NCBI GenBank assembly: GCA_030599585.1
Contig: JAUVNS010000001.1
Span: forward strand, 1 to 64,000
Source of the DNA: Promethearchaeota archaeon
Lineage (GTDB): Archaea; Asgardarchaeota; Lokiarchaeia; Sigyniarchaeales; SOKP01
Length of the DNA: 64,000 bases
Reading direction: 5' to 3'
Shown: positions 9,922 through 19,927 of the stretch, one piece after another
How positions within the stretch are numbered: the first letter of the stretch is position 1
How the letters are laid out: every line of letters begins with the position of its first letter
Made by a program: the position numbers and the translations under genes
The notes under the pieces: generated by a model
Database searches by the model: none
The model's input: only the letters and a program-made list of their open reading frames with translations
Told to the model about the DNA's origin: nothing

Positions 9922-10629
9922 TTATCTTCTCCTTATAAGAATTATTAAACCCACAAGGACTAAAGCTCCGATTCCAAATACTGCAGCGTTTATTGCTGTT
10001 GATTGTACAATGTCTAATGGATCTACTGGAAGTAGAGGTCCTCCTGTTGGAGGGGGTACCCTCTCAGGGATAGTTAAACTTCCAGGAGGGATTTTATCGG
10101 GATAAACATATGTTAATCCCCCAAGAACGCCGGCAGTAGCGAGGGGAAACAATAACCTCCAAAACAATTTTGCTATTGGAGAAGTCATTACAATTCCTGC
10201 TTGATCTCCTCTTTTTGATATCTCTTTTAAGAACGCTAAATCAATTGTAGCTTCAATGGTTTTATCTACGAGAGGTCTCATGTCCCTCATTGGGCTCTTC
10301 TGCAATTGATCTTCGATTTCAATGGCGACCTCACTTTTAACTTTCTTTTTAAAGTCTTTTTCTTTTATCCACTTCTTGCCTTTATTATTAATTGCTTTTT
10401 CCACATGTTTTAAACTCGAGGCATTAATTGCTTTAAAAATCGTAGGATCCGTTTTGGCAATTCGTCTTTGAACCCTTCTAACCACTCTGGACTGTCTGAC
10501 AACTCCTCGTGCTACTCTTCTTGAAACCCTTCGGAAAGCACTTCCTACTCTTCTAATAAAATGAGTTAGCAAAATTATAAAAAAACTACCTGTACAAATC
10601 ACTATTATCCAAGGCTCAATTAGATTCAT
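9922..10629 (-). CDS. Hypothetical membrane protein (Arg-rich segment, Pro-rich linker, TM-RRR tail)
   Basis: 235-aa ORF with three hydrophobic segments, 22 bp upstream of the radical SAM gene. Confidence 0.7.
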   Translation of the reverse strand: MNLIEPWIIVICTGSFFIILLTHFIRRVGSAFRRVSRRVARGVVRQSRVVRRVQRRIAKTDPTIFKAINASSLKHVEKAINNKGKKWIKEKDFKKKVKSEVAIEIEDQLQKSPMRDMRPLVDKTIEATIDLAFLKEISKRGDQAGIVMTSPIAKLFWRLLFPLATAGVLGGLTYVYPDKIPPGSLTIPERVPPPTGGPLLPVDPLDIVQSTAINAAVFGIGALVLVGLIILIRRR

Positions 10630-10731
10630 CTTTTATTCACACTGAGTATATTTAAAATAGTATTAATAATTCATTCAAGTCATGATATTATTTAATGTTT
10701 AATAAAAGAAGTTAATAGATGTAAAAATAGA

Positions 10732-11472
10732 ATGAACAGAATTTTAGATATCGATTTAGATTTTTTTCTTAACAAGGTATCCGATTCTCGAGAAGACGGT
10801 AAGAGATTAGATAAAAATAAATATGATCCTTGGCGCGTAGATGCGTTAAGAAGTTTTCTCGAGAATAGATGCAATTTAGCAAATAAAACCCCAATACGAG
10901 GTAGGGTAGTAAAAAATCACCATCAAGCATTCTTTTTCTGGAGAGAGTTAATACAAACCAGAAGAATTGAAATCCCATTCGAAATTGTTCATATAGATGC
11001 TCATTCGGACATTGGGGTTGCAGATTGGGGCTGGATTTATTTAACTAGTGAATTACTTCATAAGCCTCTTGAAGAACGGATGAATCCTGATAAATCACTC
11101 CTTTTTGGGATCAACGAAGCAAATTATCTTGCGTTCGCGTTGGCGTGTAGATGGATCAAGAAATTAACTTTTGTTCTACATCCTACCTGGGAAAACGATT
11201 TGATAGAAGTTTATTTTAAAGATTTTGACATAACAAGCGGTTTTATCCAATTAAAAAAATTCGATAAAAATGAATTACTCGAAAAAGGTTTTGAAAAAGA
11301 ATTAAAACCATTAGGTTTCGAACCTAAGATTCCGGTAGAGTTTATCCCTCTCTTAGAATATAAAAGTTCTCAACCTTTCACATTATTAACTTTAAGTCAT
11401 TCGAAAACCTTTACTCCAAAATCATCAGATAAGTTAATTAAGGTAGTAAAAGACTATTTTAAAAAAATTTGA
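10732..11472 (+). CDS. UPF0489 family protein (arginase/deacetylase-like fold)
   Basis: LDIDLDFF, NHHQAF, HIDAHSD, NYL. Confidence 0.75.
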   Translation: MNRILDIDLDFFLNKVSDSREDGKRLDKNKYDPWRVDALRSFLENRCNLANKTPIRGRVVKNHHQAFFFWRELIQTRRIEIPFEIVHIDAHSDIGVADWGWIYLTSELLHKPLEERMNPDKSLLFGINEANYLAFALACRWIKKLTFVLHPTWENDLIEVYFKDFDITSGFIQLKKFDKNELLEKGFEKELKPLGFEPKIPVEFIPLLEYKSSQPFTLLTLSHSKTFTPKSSDKLIKVVKDYFKKI

Positions 11473-11487
11473 GGTATTTTGTTAATG

Positions 11488-12405
11488 TTAAACTCTCCGA
11501 TCATTTTTGATACAAGAAATCATATTCTCCACAATTTTGGGCTGATATACAAGACTTCTATGATACAAGGGAGAATAATATAAAGTACTAGGGGCTAGTT
11601 GCTCATAATTGTTTTTAATTTGGTCGTAGTTTGTTTTTGTGAAATCAATTTCATTTGAACCGAGGGTAAAAGACCATTCATCAAAAAAAGAAGGAATGTG
11701 TTGGCGATATTGCCATGCGTTCTTAAAATGTCGAGAAATTATTTTTAAATATTCAATATTACTTTTCAGATTTTTAATTGAGAGCATTTTTCGTATTTTT
11801 TTAGATCTTTGAGAGTAATAGAAACAGCTAGCATCTCCAGTTTGTGCTGAAAGAATTCCATTAGGATTCAAAATTTTCTTAATATCTTCGTAAAACTTAT
11901 CTTTAGAGGCAAATTCGCAGTTTTTTTTCTCATCAGGCAAATCGATATAAACGATATCATAAGGTATATTACACGATTTTATGAATTCATAGCCGTCCTC
12001 TACTTTAACATTTAATTTTGGATGAGATTTAGTATCTTGAATAAGTTGCTTGAAATGTTTGATACAAAATTTGATTACGTATCGATCTAATTCAATTAAA
12101 TCCACTACATCAACAGTAGGACACTTTAATGCTTGTTTTGCTAATAGTAAGTCGCCTCCACCAATAATCAAAATTCTCTTGGGGCTAGGATGACTTAATA
12201 AAGCGGGAAAACAAAACATCTCGTGATAAATAAATTCGTCTAATTCTGCAAACTGTATTTCGTTATCTAAAAAAAGGATTTTACCTAAACTTCGCGTTTT
12301 TATGATTTCGATATGATTAAATTCAGAATAGAAATCTTCTAATGTTTTCTCAATTTCCATTTTGATTTTTACTGAGCTTAACATTGTTTCCGTTTTATAC
12401 TTCAT
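11488..12405 (-). CDS. speE: Polyamine aminopropyltransferase (spermidine synthase family)
   Basis: LFLDNEIQ..E.DEFIYHE, ILIIGGGD, ELD, EDG, YD...IDL. Confidence 0.88.
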   Translation of the reverse strand: MKYKTETMLSSVKIKMEIEKTLEDFYSEFNHIEIIKTRSLGKILFLDNEIQFAELDEFIYHEMFCFPALLSHPSPKRILIIGGGDLLLAKQALKCPTVDVVDLIELDRYVIKFCIKHFKQLIQDTKSHPKLNVKVEDGYEFIKSCNIPYDIVYIDLPDEKKNCEFASKDKFYEDIKKILNPNGILSAQTGDASCFYYSQRSKKIRKMLSIKNLKSNIEYLKIISRHFKNAWQYRQHIPSFFDEWSFTLGSNEIDFTKTNYDQIKNNYEQLAPSTLYYSPLYHRSLVYQPKIVENMISCIKNDRRV

Positions 12406-12425
12406 TTAATTTACCTCATTTTTTT

Positions 12426-13514
12426 CTAAATATTTTCTTGTAACTTATAGGAATTTATATCTTGCTCCGTTAAACTTTTTTCAAGTATATACAGGTCGCT
12501 GGAAAATTCAATTTCTTTTAGATCTTTTTCTTTAAATTTCAAGTCTGTTTCCAGTTTTAATTGATTTTTCATATATTTCAAATATTTTGAATCCGTAGAT
12601 TTAAAGGAATACGAACTGAAAGACCTATAATAATCCGAAATACTCAACTTGTTTTTGGTAATAAAATTACTTACTACCGACATACATTTAATATCGTATA
12701 AACCGTTAAGAAAGATTTGGACTATATTCTCATCCAAGATTAAGCTTAAATTAGCTGTAAATTTCAGTAATTCTTTTTCGTCATAGGGAGGATCTAAATG
12801 AATAATTGAAAATTTAGTTTTTAAAATTTCACTTATTTCATTAATTTCCTTAAAATCGAGATTATACACGTTAAACTCTTTAAAATTATGTTTTATTGCG
12901 ATTTTCTTTAATAATTTTGTTATCCTTCCATCAATTTCTATTACAGTTATGGGTAGTTCAGGTATAATAAATTTACATAAAATACTAATTAAATCATCGT
13001 CTCCTATGAATAATGCTTTTTGAGATGTGAAATAGGCTCGGTTACAGATAACTCTGGCTCTTTTAAGGGACGATTTTAAAGAACACGGAACTTGAAAACT
13101 CTTTGGATTTAATTTAAATTTTGGTTCGTATAACTCAAGCAGATTCGTTTTTAACATAGGAACCAGTTTCCTTGCGAGATGATGTCTATATGGAATCTTT
13201 CCGATAGTTTTTAAGAACATACTCCTTTTTGAAGGAGGCTTGTAAAGTAGTTCAAATATCTCGTTGTTCTGGATTTTAATTCGCTTATTTTTATTTAATT
13301 TAATAATATTTACATTTTGTAAAAATTCTATAATCCCTATAAAGGAAATCAGTTCTAAATGTGATTTCTTAAAACATTTATGGAAATCACTGTTAAATTT
13401 TACTAATCGTAAAACTCTTATAAAATCTATAAAAGATACAGTGTTATCATATACATAATTTCCGCTACTTAAGAGTTTGTATAAATCAATTAATCGTTCT
13501 ATATCTTTTGTCAA
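12426..13514 (-). CDS. Branched-chain polyamine synthase (BpsA)-like aminopropyl/methyltransferase
   Basis: FIGDDDLIS, VIEID.RI, DPPY motifs; co-oriented with speE. Confidence 0.7.
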   Translation of the reverse strand: MTKDIERLIDLYKLLSSGNYVYDNTVSFIDFIRVLRLVKFNSDFHKCFKKSHLELISFIGIIEFLQNVNIIKLNKNKRIKIQNNEIFELLYKPPSKRSMFLKTIGKIPYRHHLARKLVPMLKTNLLELYEPKFKLNPKSFQVPCSLKSSLKRARVICNRAYFTSQKALFIGDDDLISILCKFIIPELPITVIEIDGRITKLLKKIAIKHNFKEFNVYNLDFKEINEISEILKTKFSIIHLDPPYDEKELLKFTANLSLILDENIVQIFLNGLYDIKCMSVVSNFITKNKLSISDYYRSFSSYSFKSTDSKYLKYMKNQLKLETDLKFKEKDLKEIEFSSDLYILEKSLTEQDINSYKLQENI

Positions 13515-13674
13515 TTTTATTCAGATTTTAAGGAGTAGCATGAAAACTCCTTTAATTAGATATTAATTGGATTATAATTGGTCTTTTTAATTAAAAATTG
13601 GGAATTTTTAAGATCTTAGGCAAAAACCTTTTAATAACATCTTCTTATTACTTTTACATAGGTTTAGGAATGGA

Positions 13675-14304
13675 GTGGTTAAATTGTTGAAATATAAAAT
13701 TATAATTGCTGGAGCAAAAGATGTCGGTAAATCTTCTCTAATAGCGCGCTTTTGCGATAATGTATTCAAAGAGGATATGAAAGCAACGATTGGGGTCGAT
13801 TTTAAAAGAAAACACATTACTATACAAGGAGCTCATGGCGATATTGCTTTAGAATTACATATATGGGATTTTGCGGGAGAAGAAAAATATCGCACATTAT
13901 TTCCCGCGTATGCTAATGGTGCTTCAGCAGCGTTTATTCTGTTTGACACCACTAGAAGAGAAACACTAAAAGATATCGATGACTGGGTTGAAATCATTGA
14001 TAAAAATGCCTATTCTAATATTGTTAAACAAATCATAGCAACAAAGATCGATTTAAAAGATAGGAGAGAAGTTTCTAAAAAGGACGCTGAGGATTTTTTT
14101 AAAAAATATGAATGGTGTACAGAAATCACCAGCACATCCTCGAAAACTGGAGAAAATGTTGAGAATGCGTTTGTTCGAGTTGTCAAAGAGATAATTAAGA
14201 ATAATCTACAAACGTGTAAATCATGTGATGAAATTTTTAATAAAAAGTTGAAGAACTGTCAATATTGTGGAGAAAAAGTGGAAGTTGAGCTCAGTCCTCT
14301 CTAA
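13675..14304 (+). CDS. Rab-like small GTPase with C-terminal Zn ribbon
   Basis: GAKDVGKS, TIGVDF, IWDFAGEE, TKID, SSKTG; CKSC...CQYC. Confidence 0.9.
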   Translation: MVKLLKYKIIIAGAKDVGKSSLIARFCDNVFKEDMKATIGVDFKRKHITIQGAHGDIALELHIWDFAGEEKYRTLFPAYANGASAAFILFDTTRRETLKDIDDWVEIIDKNAYSNIVKQIIATKIDLKDRREVSKKDAEDFFKKYEWCTEITSTSSKTGENVENAFVRVVKEIIKNNLQTCKSCDEIFNKKLKNCQYCGEKVEVELSPL

Positions 14305-14310
14305 AAATTA

Positions 14311-15141
14311 CTATAAGTCTTCTTTTTCTCTATTGTAAAGTGAGGGTGGAGGTCTTGCTTTATCAAGCGGTTTACTTTTAATTCGATTAACAAATGTATG
14401 TAATTCCTTTTTTGCATTTTCTATAGACTTTGTAATCTCTTGAGCTACTAAATCAGCTCCGATTACTGAATGTCCATGACTCGGATAAAATGTGTTTATT
14501 TTTAAAGTGTCTAATAATTCCAAGGAATCGATGTACTCCGAAATCGAGCCTGATTCGTAAATGTTTGATAAGGTTCCTTTAAACAACATATCGCCAGAAA
14601 AAAGATAATTTTTATAAGGCTCAAAAAGACAAATGCACCCCGATGTATGTCCCGGTGTTTCGATTACCTTCAACATTGTGTTTCCTAAATCGATAATGTT
14701 TCTATCTTCCAACCACAAATTAATTCTCATGTCGGTTAAATCAATGCCCCATTTTTTCCCTTTTGTTATTAACTCATCGCTATGTTGTATTTTAACAGCA
14801 GCCCATCGATGCGCAGCAATGGGACAATGAAAATAAGCATTAGCGCTTATGTGATCGAAATGTTCGTGTGTGTTGATCACCAAACCTATGTCTTCTACTT
14901 TTAAACCTATTTCTGTGGTGAGCAAATAGTTAAAGCTATTGAATTTAGTAATTAGACCGGTATCTATTAAAACATTTAGATCATCGCCAATTATCAGAAA
15001 AATGTGACATCCTGCGGTTCTCGAGTAAAATTGGTATACATTCGGCCTTAAAAGGTTTAATCTGTATCCTTCAAGTTCTCCGTACATATCGTCTTCTTTT
15101 ATCAAACGAGGTGTAAATGAATTTAAACTCTTATTAGGCAT
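14311..15141 (-). CDS. Metallo-beta-lactamase fold hydrolase
   Basis: THEHFDH, TPGHT, FSGD, PSHG. Confidence 0.9.
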   Translation of the reverse strand: MPNKSLNSFTPRLIKEDDMYGELEGYRLNLLRPNVYQFYSRTAGCHIFLIIGDDLNVLIDTGLITKFNSFNYLLTTEIGLKVEDIGLVINTHEHFDHISANAYFHCPIAAHRWAAVKIQHSDELITKGKKWGIDLTDMRINLWLEDRNIIDLGNTMLKVIETPGHTSGCICLFEPYKNYLFSGDMLFKGTLSNIYESGSISEYIDSLELLDTLKINTFYPSHGHSVIGADLVAQEITKSIENAKKELHTFVNRIKSKPLDKARPPPSLYNREKEDL

Positions 15142-15448
15142 AAATTTTCACTTTTTATTTGTTTTCAACAATGTAATGAATAAAATGAAGAACTAATGAC
15201 TTAAAAATAAACACTTAATTCAAAATATTAATGAGCAACTTAGAAGATCATTTGTTCAATCTTGGAAATGAATATATGAGAGATTCTAGCTTCAATATTA
15301 ATTAAAGAAAAATATTGTTTGAAAAAAGAATTGATAATAACTCGCTTAAAAAATATCTAAATATATTTAAGCATGAAAAAGCATATAATCATAATTAAAT
15401 TTCAATTTAATTAAAAATATCAAATAATAATTAATTTGGTGAAGAATT

Positions 15449-15928
15449 TTGGCTTTAGGTAAAATATTTATAATATTAGGGGCTCTATTGACTATACTCG
15501 GGACCTGGGTTTTTGCCACTATCTTATTTATCCCTGGTTATGTGGGCTCGGGTCTAGGATTCGCTATGAACCTTCCTAGTATAATTGGAGTAGATCCTGG
15601 TGCCGATGCTGTCGTTTTCTATCTCTTGTTGGTCCTTTTTATCGCATGGCTTGCTTCCGGAGTACTACAATTAATAGGATTAAAATCTAGAATCGGTGGC
15701 ATTATTTTTTCCCTTATTCCATTAGCTATTGGATTAATGCTTATATTACTCATATACACCGATATCTTAGGTATGATGAGTGCAATTTTCACGCTAATGA
15801 CTGTAGGTGAACAAATAGGAGGATTTTTCCCGATTCTTGTACCACTTGGCGATTTAGGTTTAGGAACTTATTTCTTGCTTGGTGGTGGAGTTTTAGGAAT
15901 CGTAGGTTCAAGTATGCCTCGAGAATAA
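15449..15928 (+). CDS. Hypothetical 4-TM membrane protein
   Basis: Gly-rich hydrophobic helices. Confidence 0.75.
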   Translation: MALGKIFIILGALLTILGTWVFATILFIPGYVGSGLGFAMNLPSIIGVDPGADAVVFYLLLVLFIAWLASGVLQLIGLKSRIGGIIFSLIPLAIGLMLILLIYTDILGMMSAIFTLMTVGEQIGGFFPILVPLGDLGLGTYFLLGGGVLGIVGSSMPRE

Positions 15929-15959
15929 TAAATAATAATATTTTAACTTTTTTTTTCTA

Positions 15960-16616
15960 TTATTTCAATGTCAGATTAGATATATCTTTCATCGTATTAA
16001 TGTTAATAAATGACTGCAATTTCTTATCTAAAAACCGTATTTCGTTTTCAATAGAGATATAGTTAGTTTTCCAAGCTGGGCTAATTAATTGTGTTAATTT
16101 GAATGTGTTTTTGTTTAAATTTCGTTTAGTAGATTCAAACGCTTTAGCAATAGGGTAAATCGCGAGCAAAGGTTCTAAAAAATTGTTTTTCCATTTTGGG
16201 ATACAGCAATCGAATCCTTTACAATGCTTTATTATATATTCAATAACTTCAAACTTTACAAGGGGATTATCACAAGAGAGCACAAAAACTTTTTTATACC
16301 CTAATTTTTGGAGTTCTTTAAAAGTAGTATAGAGTCCGATTAATGGTGAGCTTAATTTTTTCTTTATCTTACTCTCGTAATCATCTACAATAAAAGCTGA
16401 TATCTTCGTGTAGTCAATTTCATTTATATAATTCTGAACTTGTTGTTGTGAATTGGCTATGAGAAAAACATCACGGTTAAAGCGAGATACTGTTTCTAAT
16501 TGGTGAGAAATAAATGATTTTCCTTGATGGATAAAGAGTCCTTTATCCGAACCAAAGCGCGTACTTTTACCCCCGATAAGTATTGCAAAAGCAAGATATT
16601 TATTTCTATCGTTAAT
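15960..16616 (-). CDS. mobA: Molybdenum cofactor guanylyltransferase
   Basis: Frame is open upstream of the ORF-track start: AILIGGKSTRFGSDKG ... PLIG ... VLSCD.P ... EPL.A.Y ... F.NINT..D; only plausible start is ATT 16616, just after an in-frame TAA. Confidence 0.85.
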   Translation of the reverse strand: MNDRNKYLAFAILIGGKSTRFGSDKGLFIHQGKSFISHQLETVSRFNRDVFLIANSQQQVQNYINEIDYTKISAFIVDDYESKIKKKLSSPLIGLYTTFKELQKLGYKKVFVLSCDNPLVKFEVIEYIIKHCKGFDCCIPKWKNNFLEPLLAIYPIAKAFESTKRNLNKNTFKLTQLISPAWKTNYISIENEIRFLDKKLQSFININTMKDISNLTLK

Positions 16617-16741
16617 TTCTTACCAACTTTCTTAAAAAATCACTAATAATCTATTAAATCAAGTAATAAAAATAATAAATCATTTAAATTAATAGCACAT
16701 GAACTAGATTTTTAATTCTCATTACACCATAGAGTAATAAA

Positions 16742-18265
16742 ATGGCTCTTAATTGTAAGAAAAATATTAAAATAGATAAACCTATTGAACAATGTGCAGT
16801 ATTTGGCGTTGTTTGCAACGATAAAACCTTTACCATCTCAAGACAGCTTTACCTTGGGCTTATTTCTCAACAACACCGCGGTCAAGAATCCACTGGTATT
16901 TCTATCCTTAAAACCGGTGGTTCAATTGTTACTTATAAAAATAAAGGATTAGTTTCTCAAGTACTAAATGATAAAACTCTCTCCAAGTTGTGGGGAAATG
17001 TAGGGATTGGTCATAACAGGTACGCTACAACGGGAGCTCAAGAATATGATTCACTAGAGTATATTCAACCCTACCATTTTAAAAACGATGAAATCGAATT
17101 TTCATTAGCATTCAATGGAACAATTCCGAATTACCACGAATTAAAACAACAGCTAGAGGCTAATGGTCGAATTTTCATAACTAACACTGATACGGAAGTT
17201 ATCGCCCAATTATTAGCTTATATTGCAAATGAAAATGATAGCTGGCCAAAAATCTTGAAAGAGATGAGTAAATCTTTAGATGGTTCTTATTCGCTCATAA
17301 TATTGACAAATGAAAGTGATATTTACGCTATTAGAGATCCTTTAGGCTTTAAGCCTTTATGTATAGGAGAAATGATAACTAAAGAAAGAAAATATTACTT
17401 AGTCTCCTCTGAATCTTGTGGCATTGATGTTGTAGGCGGAAATTTGCTTAGGGATGTAAGGCCAGGAGAGATAATTCATCTAAGCAGTGAGAGGGGAATT
17501 CATTCCGAAATGGTTATTGAAAGCGAAAGAACTGCGCTCTGTCAGTTTGAATTTGTGTATTTCGCTCGTCCTGATTCAATTATAGATGGAGTCTCTGTTG
17601 CTCAAACTAGGCTGCAATTAGGAATTAACCTTGCCAAAAACGATCCAATTCTGACTGATGCTCATTTTAGAGAAAATGCAATTGTGGTTCCAGTACCCGA
17701 TTCTGGGCGAAGTGTCGCCGTAGGTTACGCACAGGAAGCAAAGCTACCTTATGTAGAAGGTTTAATGAAAAACAGATACGTATGGCGCACATTTATAATG
17801 CCTGGACAAAAAAAAAGGGAAGCGGCAGTTAAAGAAAAATTAAACCCTATAAAAGTTTTTGTTGAAGGGAAGAACGTAATTCTTTTAGACGACTCGATTG
17901 TAAGAGGTACCACAACGAAAAAGATTATTAGCTTAATTAGAGAAGCAGGTGCTTTATCTGTAAATGTAAGGATAAGTTGTCCTCCTGTAATAAGACCGTG
18001 TTATATGGGCATCGATTTTCCTACAACTTCTGAACTAATAGCTGGCCGTTTTAAAGAGCTTTACGGAGATGAAGCATATATCGATGAAATTAAGAAAAAA
18101 ATCGGAGCAGATTCTCTAAGATATCAAACTATTGAGGATCTAATGAGCGCAATAGGAAAAGGAAAAGATCAGCTTTGTATGGCGTGTCTTACTGGAATAT
18201 ATCCATTAAAATCCGTAAATAAGATTATAGAATTAGAAAAAGCTATATCATCTGATAGAAACTAA
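16742..18265 (+). CDS. purF: Amidophosphoribosyltransferase
   Basis: Propeptide then C-AVFG, QHRGQESTG, GHNRYAT, VPDSG, LDDSIVRGTT, CYMGIDF, CMAC. Confidence 0.95.
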   Translation: MALNCKKNIKIDKPIEQCAVFGVVCNDKTFTISRQLYLGLISQQHRGQESTGISILKTGGSIVTYKNKGLVSQVLNDKTLSKLWGNVGIGHNRYATTGAQEYDSLEYIQPYHFKNDEIEFSLAFNGTIPNYHELKQQLEANGRIFITNTDTEVIAQLLAYIANENDSWPKILKEMSKSLDGSYSLIILTNESDIYAIRDPLGFKPLCIGEMITKERKYYLVSSESCGIDVVGGNLLRDVRPGEIIHLSSERGIHSEMVIESERTALCQFEFVYFARPDSIIDGVSVAQTRLQLGINLAKNDPILTDAHFRENAIVVPVPDSGRSVAVGYAQEAKLPYVEGLMKNRYVWRTFIMPGQKKREAAVKEKLNPIKVFVEGKNVILLDDSIVRGTTTKKIISLIREAGALSVNVRISCPPVIRPCYMGIDFPTTSELIAGRFKELYGDEAYIDEIKKKIGADSLRYQTIEDLMSAIGKGKDQLCMACLTGIYPLKSVNKIIELEKAISSDRN

Positions 18266-18284
18266 TTGGTCAACTTAAAAAATG

Positions 18285-19682
18285 CTACTCTACTCCATCC
18301 CAGCAATAAGTGCATAGTTTTTCTTTAGGTAATCCAATAGCTTTAACTAAGTTTTCTAACTTCTGATATTTTAATGTTGTTAAATGCAACTTTTCGCGTA
18401 TAACATTGACCATTGCCTTATAATTTTCAGATTCTGGATCTGTATATTCTACTGGGTTCTCTAAATCTCTACCGATTAAATCTTTAATCGCCCATCTTCC
18501 TGCTAAATCTAGCTCAGAACGAGATCGAGAGAAGTTTAAAAATTTACATCCGTAAACAAGTGGAGGACAAGCAGGTCTCATGTGTACTTCTTTGGCTCCC
18601 GATTCAAACAACCTTTCAACTTGCCTTCTCAATTGAGTGCCTCTCACGATTGAGTCTTCGCAAAAAAGAAGACGCTTATCCACGATAAGTTCTTTAATCG
18701 GTATAAGTTTCATCTTTGCTACAGTATCTCGAATGGATTGTTCTTGAGGCATGAAACTTCGAGGCCAAGTGGGCGTATACTTTACAAAGGGTCGAGCAAA
18801 TGGAATTTGTGCTTCGTTAGCATAACCTAATCCATGAGCTGTACCCGAATCGGGGATTCCTGCTACGAGATCAATTTCCAGATCGTCTTCTCTTCGTAGA
18901 AAAGCACCACATTTATACCGAACAGTTTCAACATTTATACCTTCATAACTAGAAGCAGGATATCCATAATAGACCCATAAGAAAGAACAGATTTGCAATC
19001 TACTACCTGGTGCAACTTTTTGCTCGAGACCGTTTTCACCTAGAAACACAATTTCTCCAGGTCCCAGATATTTTGTTATTTTAAAACCAAGATTTGGGAA
19101 GGCACAAGTTTCCATTGCAACAGCATAAGAACCGGGCTTTTCAGCTATAACGAGAGGTGTTCGCCCTAGTAAATCGCGTGCAGCGAATATCCCTTTATCC
19201 GTTAAGATAAGAATGGTACACGATCCATCGATCAAACCTTGAACCTTTTGTATCCCTTCTTCAAATGTCGTTGCTTGACTAATTATTGTTGCTACCATTT
19301 CTGTAGGGTTAATTTCTCCTCCCTGCATTTCTGAGAAATGAGTTCCGTTTTGTAACGCTTCGCTTGCGAGTTCGTCTATGTTATTAATTTTACCTACTGT
19401 TGAAATGGCAAAAACACCTAATCGTGAATTTATTATTAAGGGTTGGTCTTCGTAATCGCTTATTACTCCGATCCCTTTATTTCCATGCATTTTTTTGATA
19501 TCTTTATCGAATTTAGATCTAAATTGGCTCGTCGTTATATCCTTGATGAACCTTTGAAACCCACCAGAGTTTTTTACTGCCAAACCCCCTCTCTTAGTTC
19601 CCAAATGCGAATGATAATCAGTGCCGTAAAAAACATCATCTACGCAGTCCGTATCCGAGAAAACTCCAAATAATCCTCCCAT
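18285..19682 (-). CDS. PurF-like amidophosphoribosyltransferase lacking the N-terminal Cys
   Basis: Starts MGGLFG; retains GIPDSG, EDSIVRGTQ, RPACPP, CTYCW. Confidence 0.85.
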   Translation of the reverse strand: MGGLFGVFSDTDCVDDVFYGTDYHSHLGTKRGGLAVKNSGGFQRFIKDITTSQFRSKFDKDIKKMHGNKGIGVISDYEDQPLIINSRLGVFAISTVGKINNIDELASEALQNGTHFSEMQGGEINPTEMVATIISQATTFEEGIQKVQGLIDGSCTILILTDKGIFAARDLLGRTPLVIAEKPGSYAVAMETCAFPNLGFKITKYLGPGEIVFLGENGLEQKVAPGSRLQICSFLWVYYGYPASSYEGINVETVRYKCGAFLRREDDLEIDLVAGIPDSGTAHGLGYANEAQIPFARPFVKYTPTWPRSFMPQEQSIRDTVAKMKLIPIKELIVDKRLLFCEDSIVRGTQLRRQVERLFESGAKEVHMRPACPPLVYGCKFLNFSRSRSELDLAGRWAIKDLIGRDLENPVEYTDPESENYKAMVNVIREKLHLTTLKYQKLENLVKAIGLPKEKLCTYCWDGVE

Positions 19683-19805
19683 GTTTTATCACATCTCCTA
19701 AGTATTGTATTTTATTAGAATTATTAAAGTGAATTATTAATATGATAAGATTTGACAGTATAGTCTTTTTTTCAATATATAAAATAAATAATTAGATAAA
19801 TAATG

Positions 19806-19910
19806 TTAGATCGCTCCGGGTATATCTTCCCTTTCAAATCGTATCATTGAGAGCGCATTTTCTGGGCATGTAACCGCGCACAACCCACAAAAAGTTATAA
19901 AAAAACGCAT
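19806..19910 (-). pseudogene. 34-aa remnant of a 4Fe-4S-binding protein (or a microprotein)
   Basis: MRFFITFCGLCAVTCPENALSMIRFEREDIPGAI*, partial CxxCxxCxxxCP motif; AGGT just upstream. Confidence 0.55.
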
Positions 19911-19927
19911 ATTACCTAAATATCTAT

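Noticed and set aside
13530-13552. AAGGAGT/ACTCCTT hairpin upstream of the BpsA-like gene as a riboswitch
   Set aside because: Only a 7-bp stem; insufficient evidence
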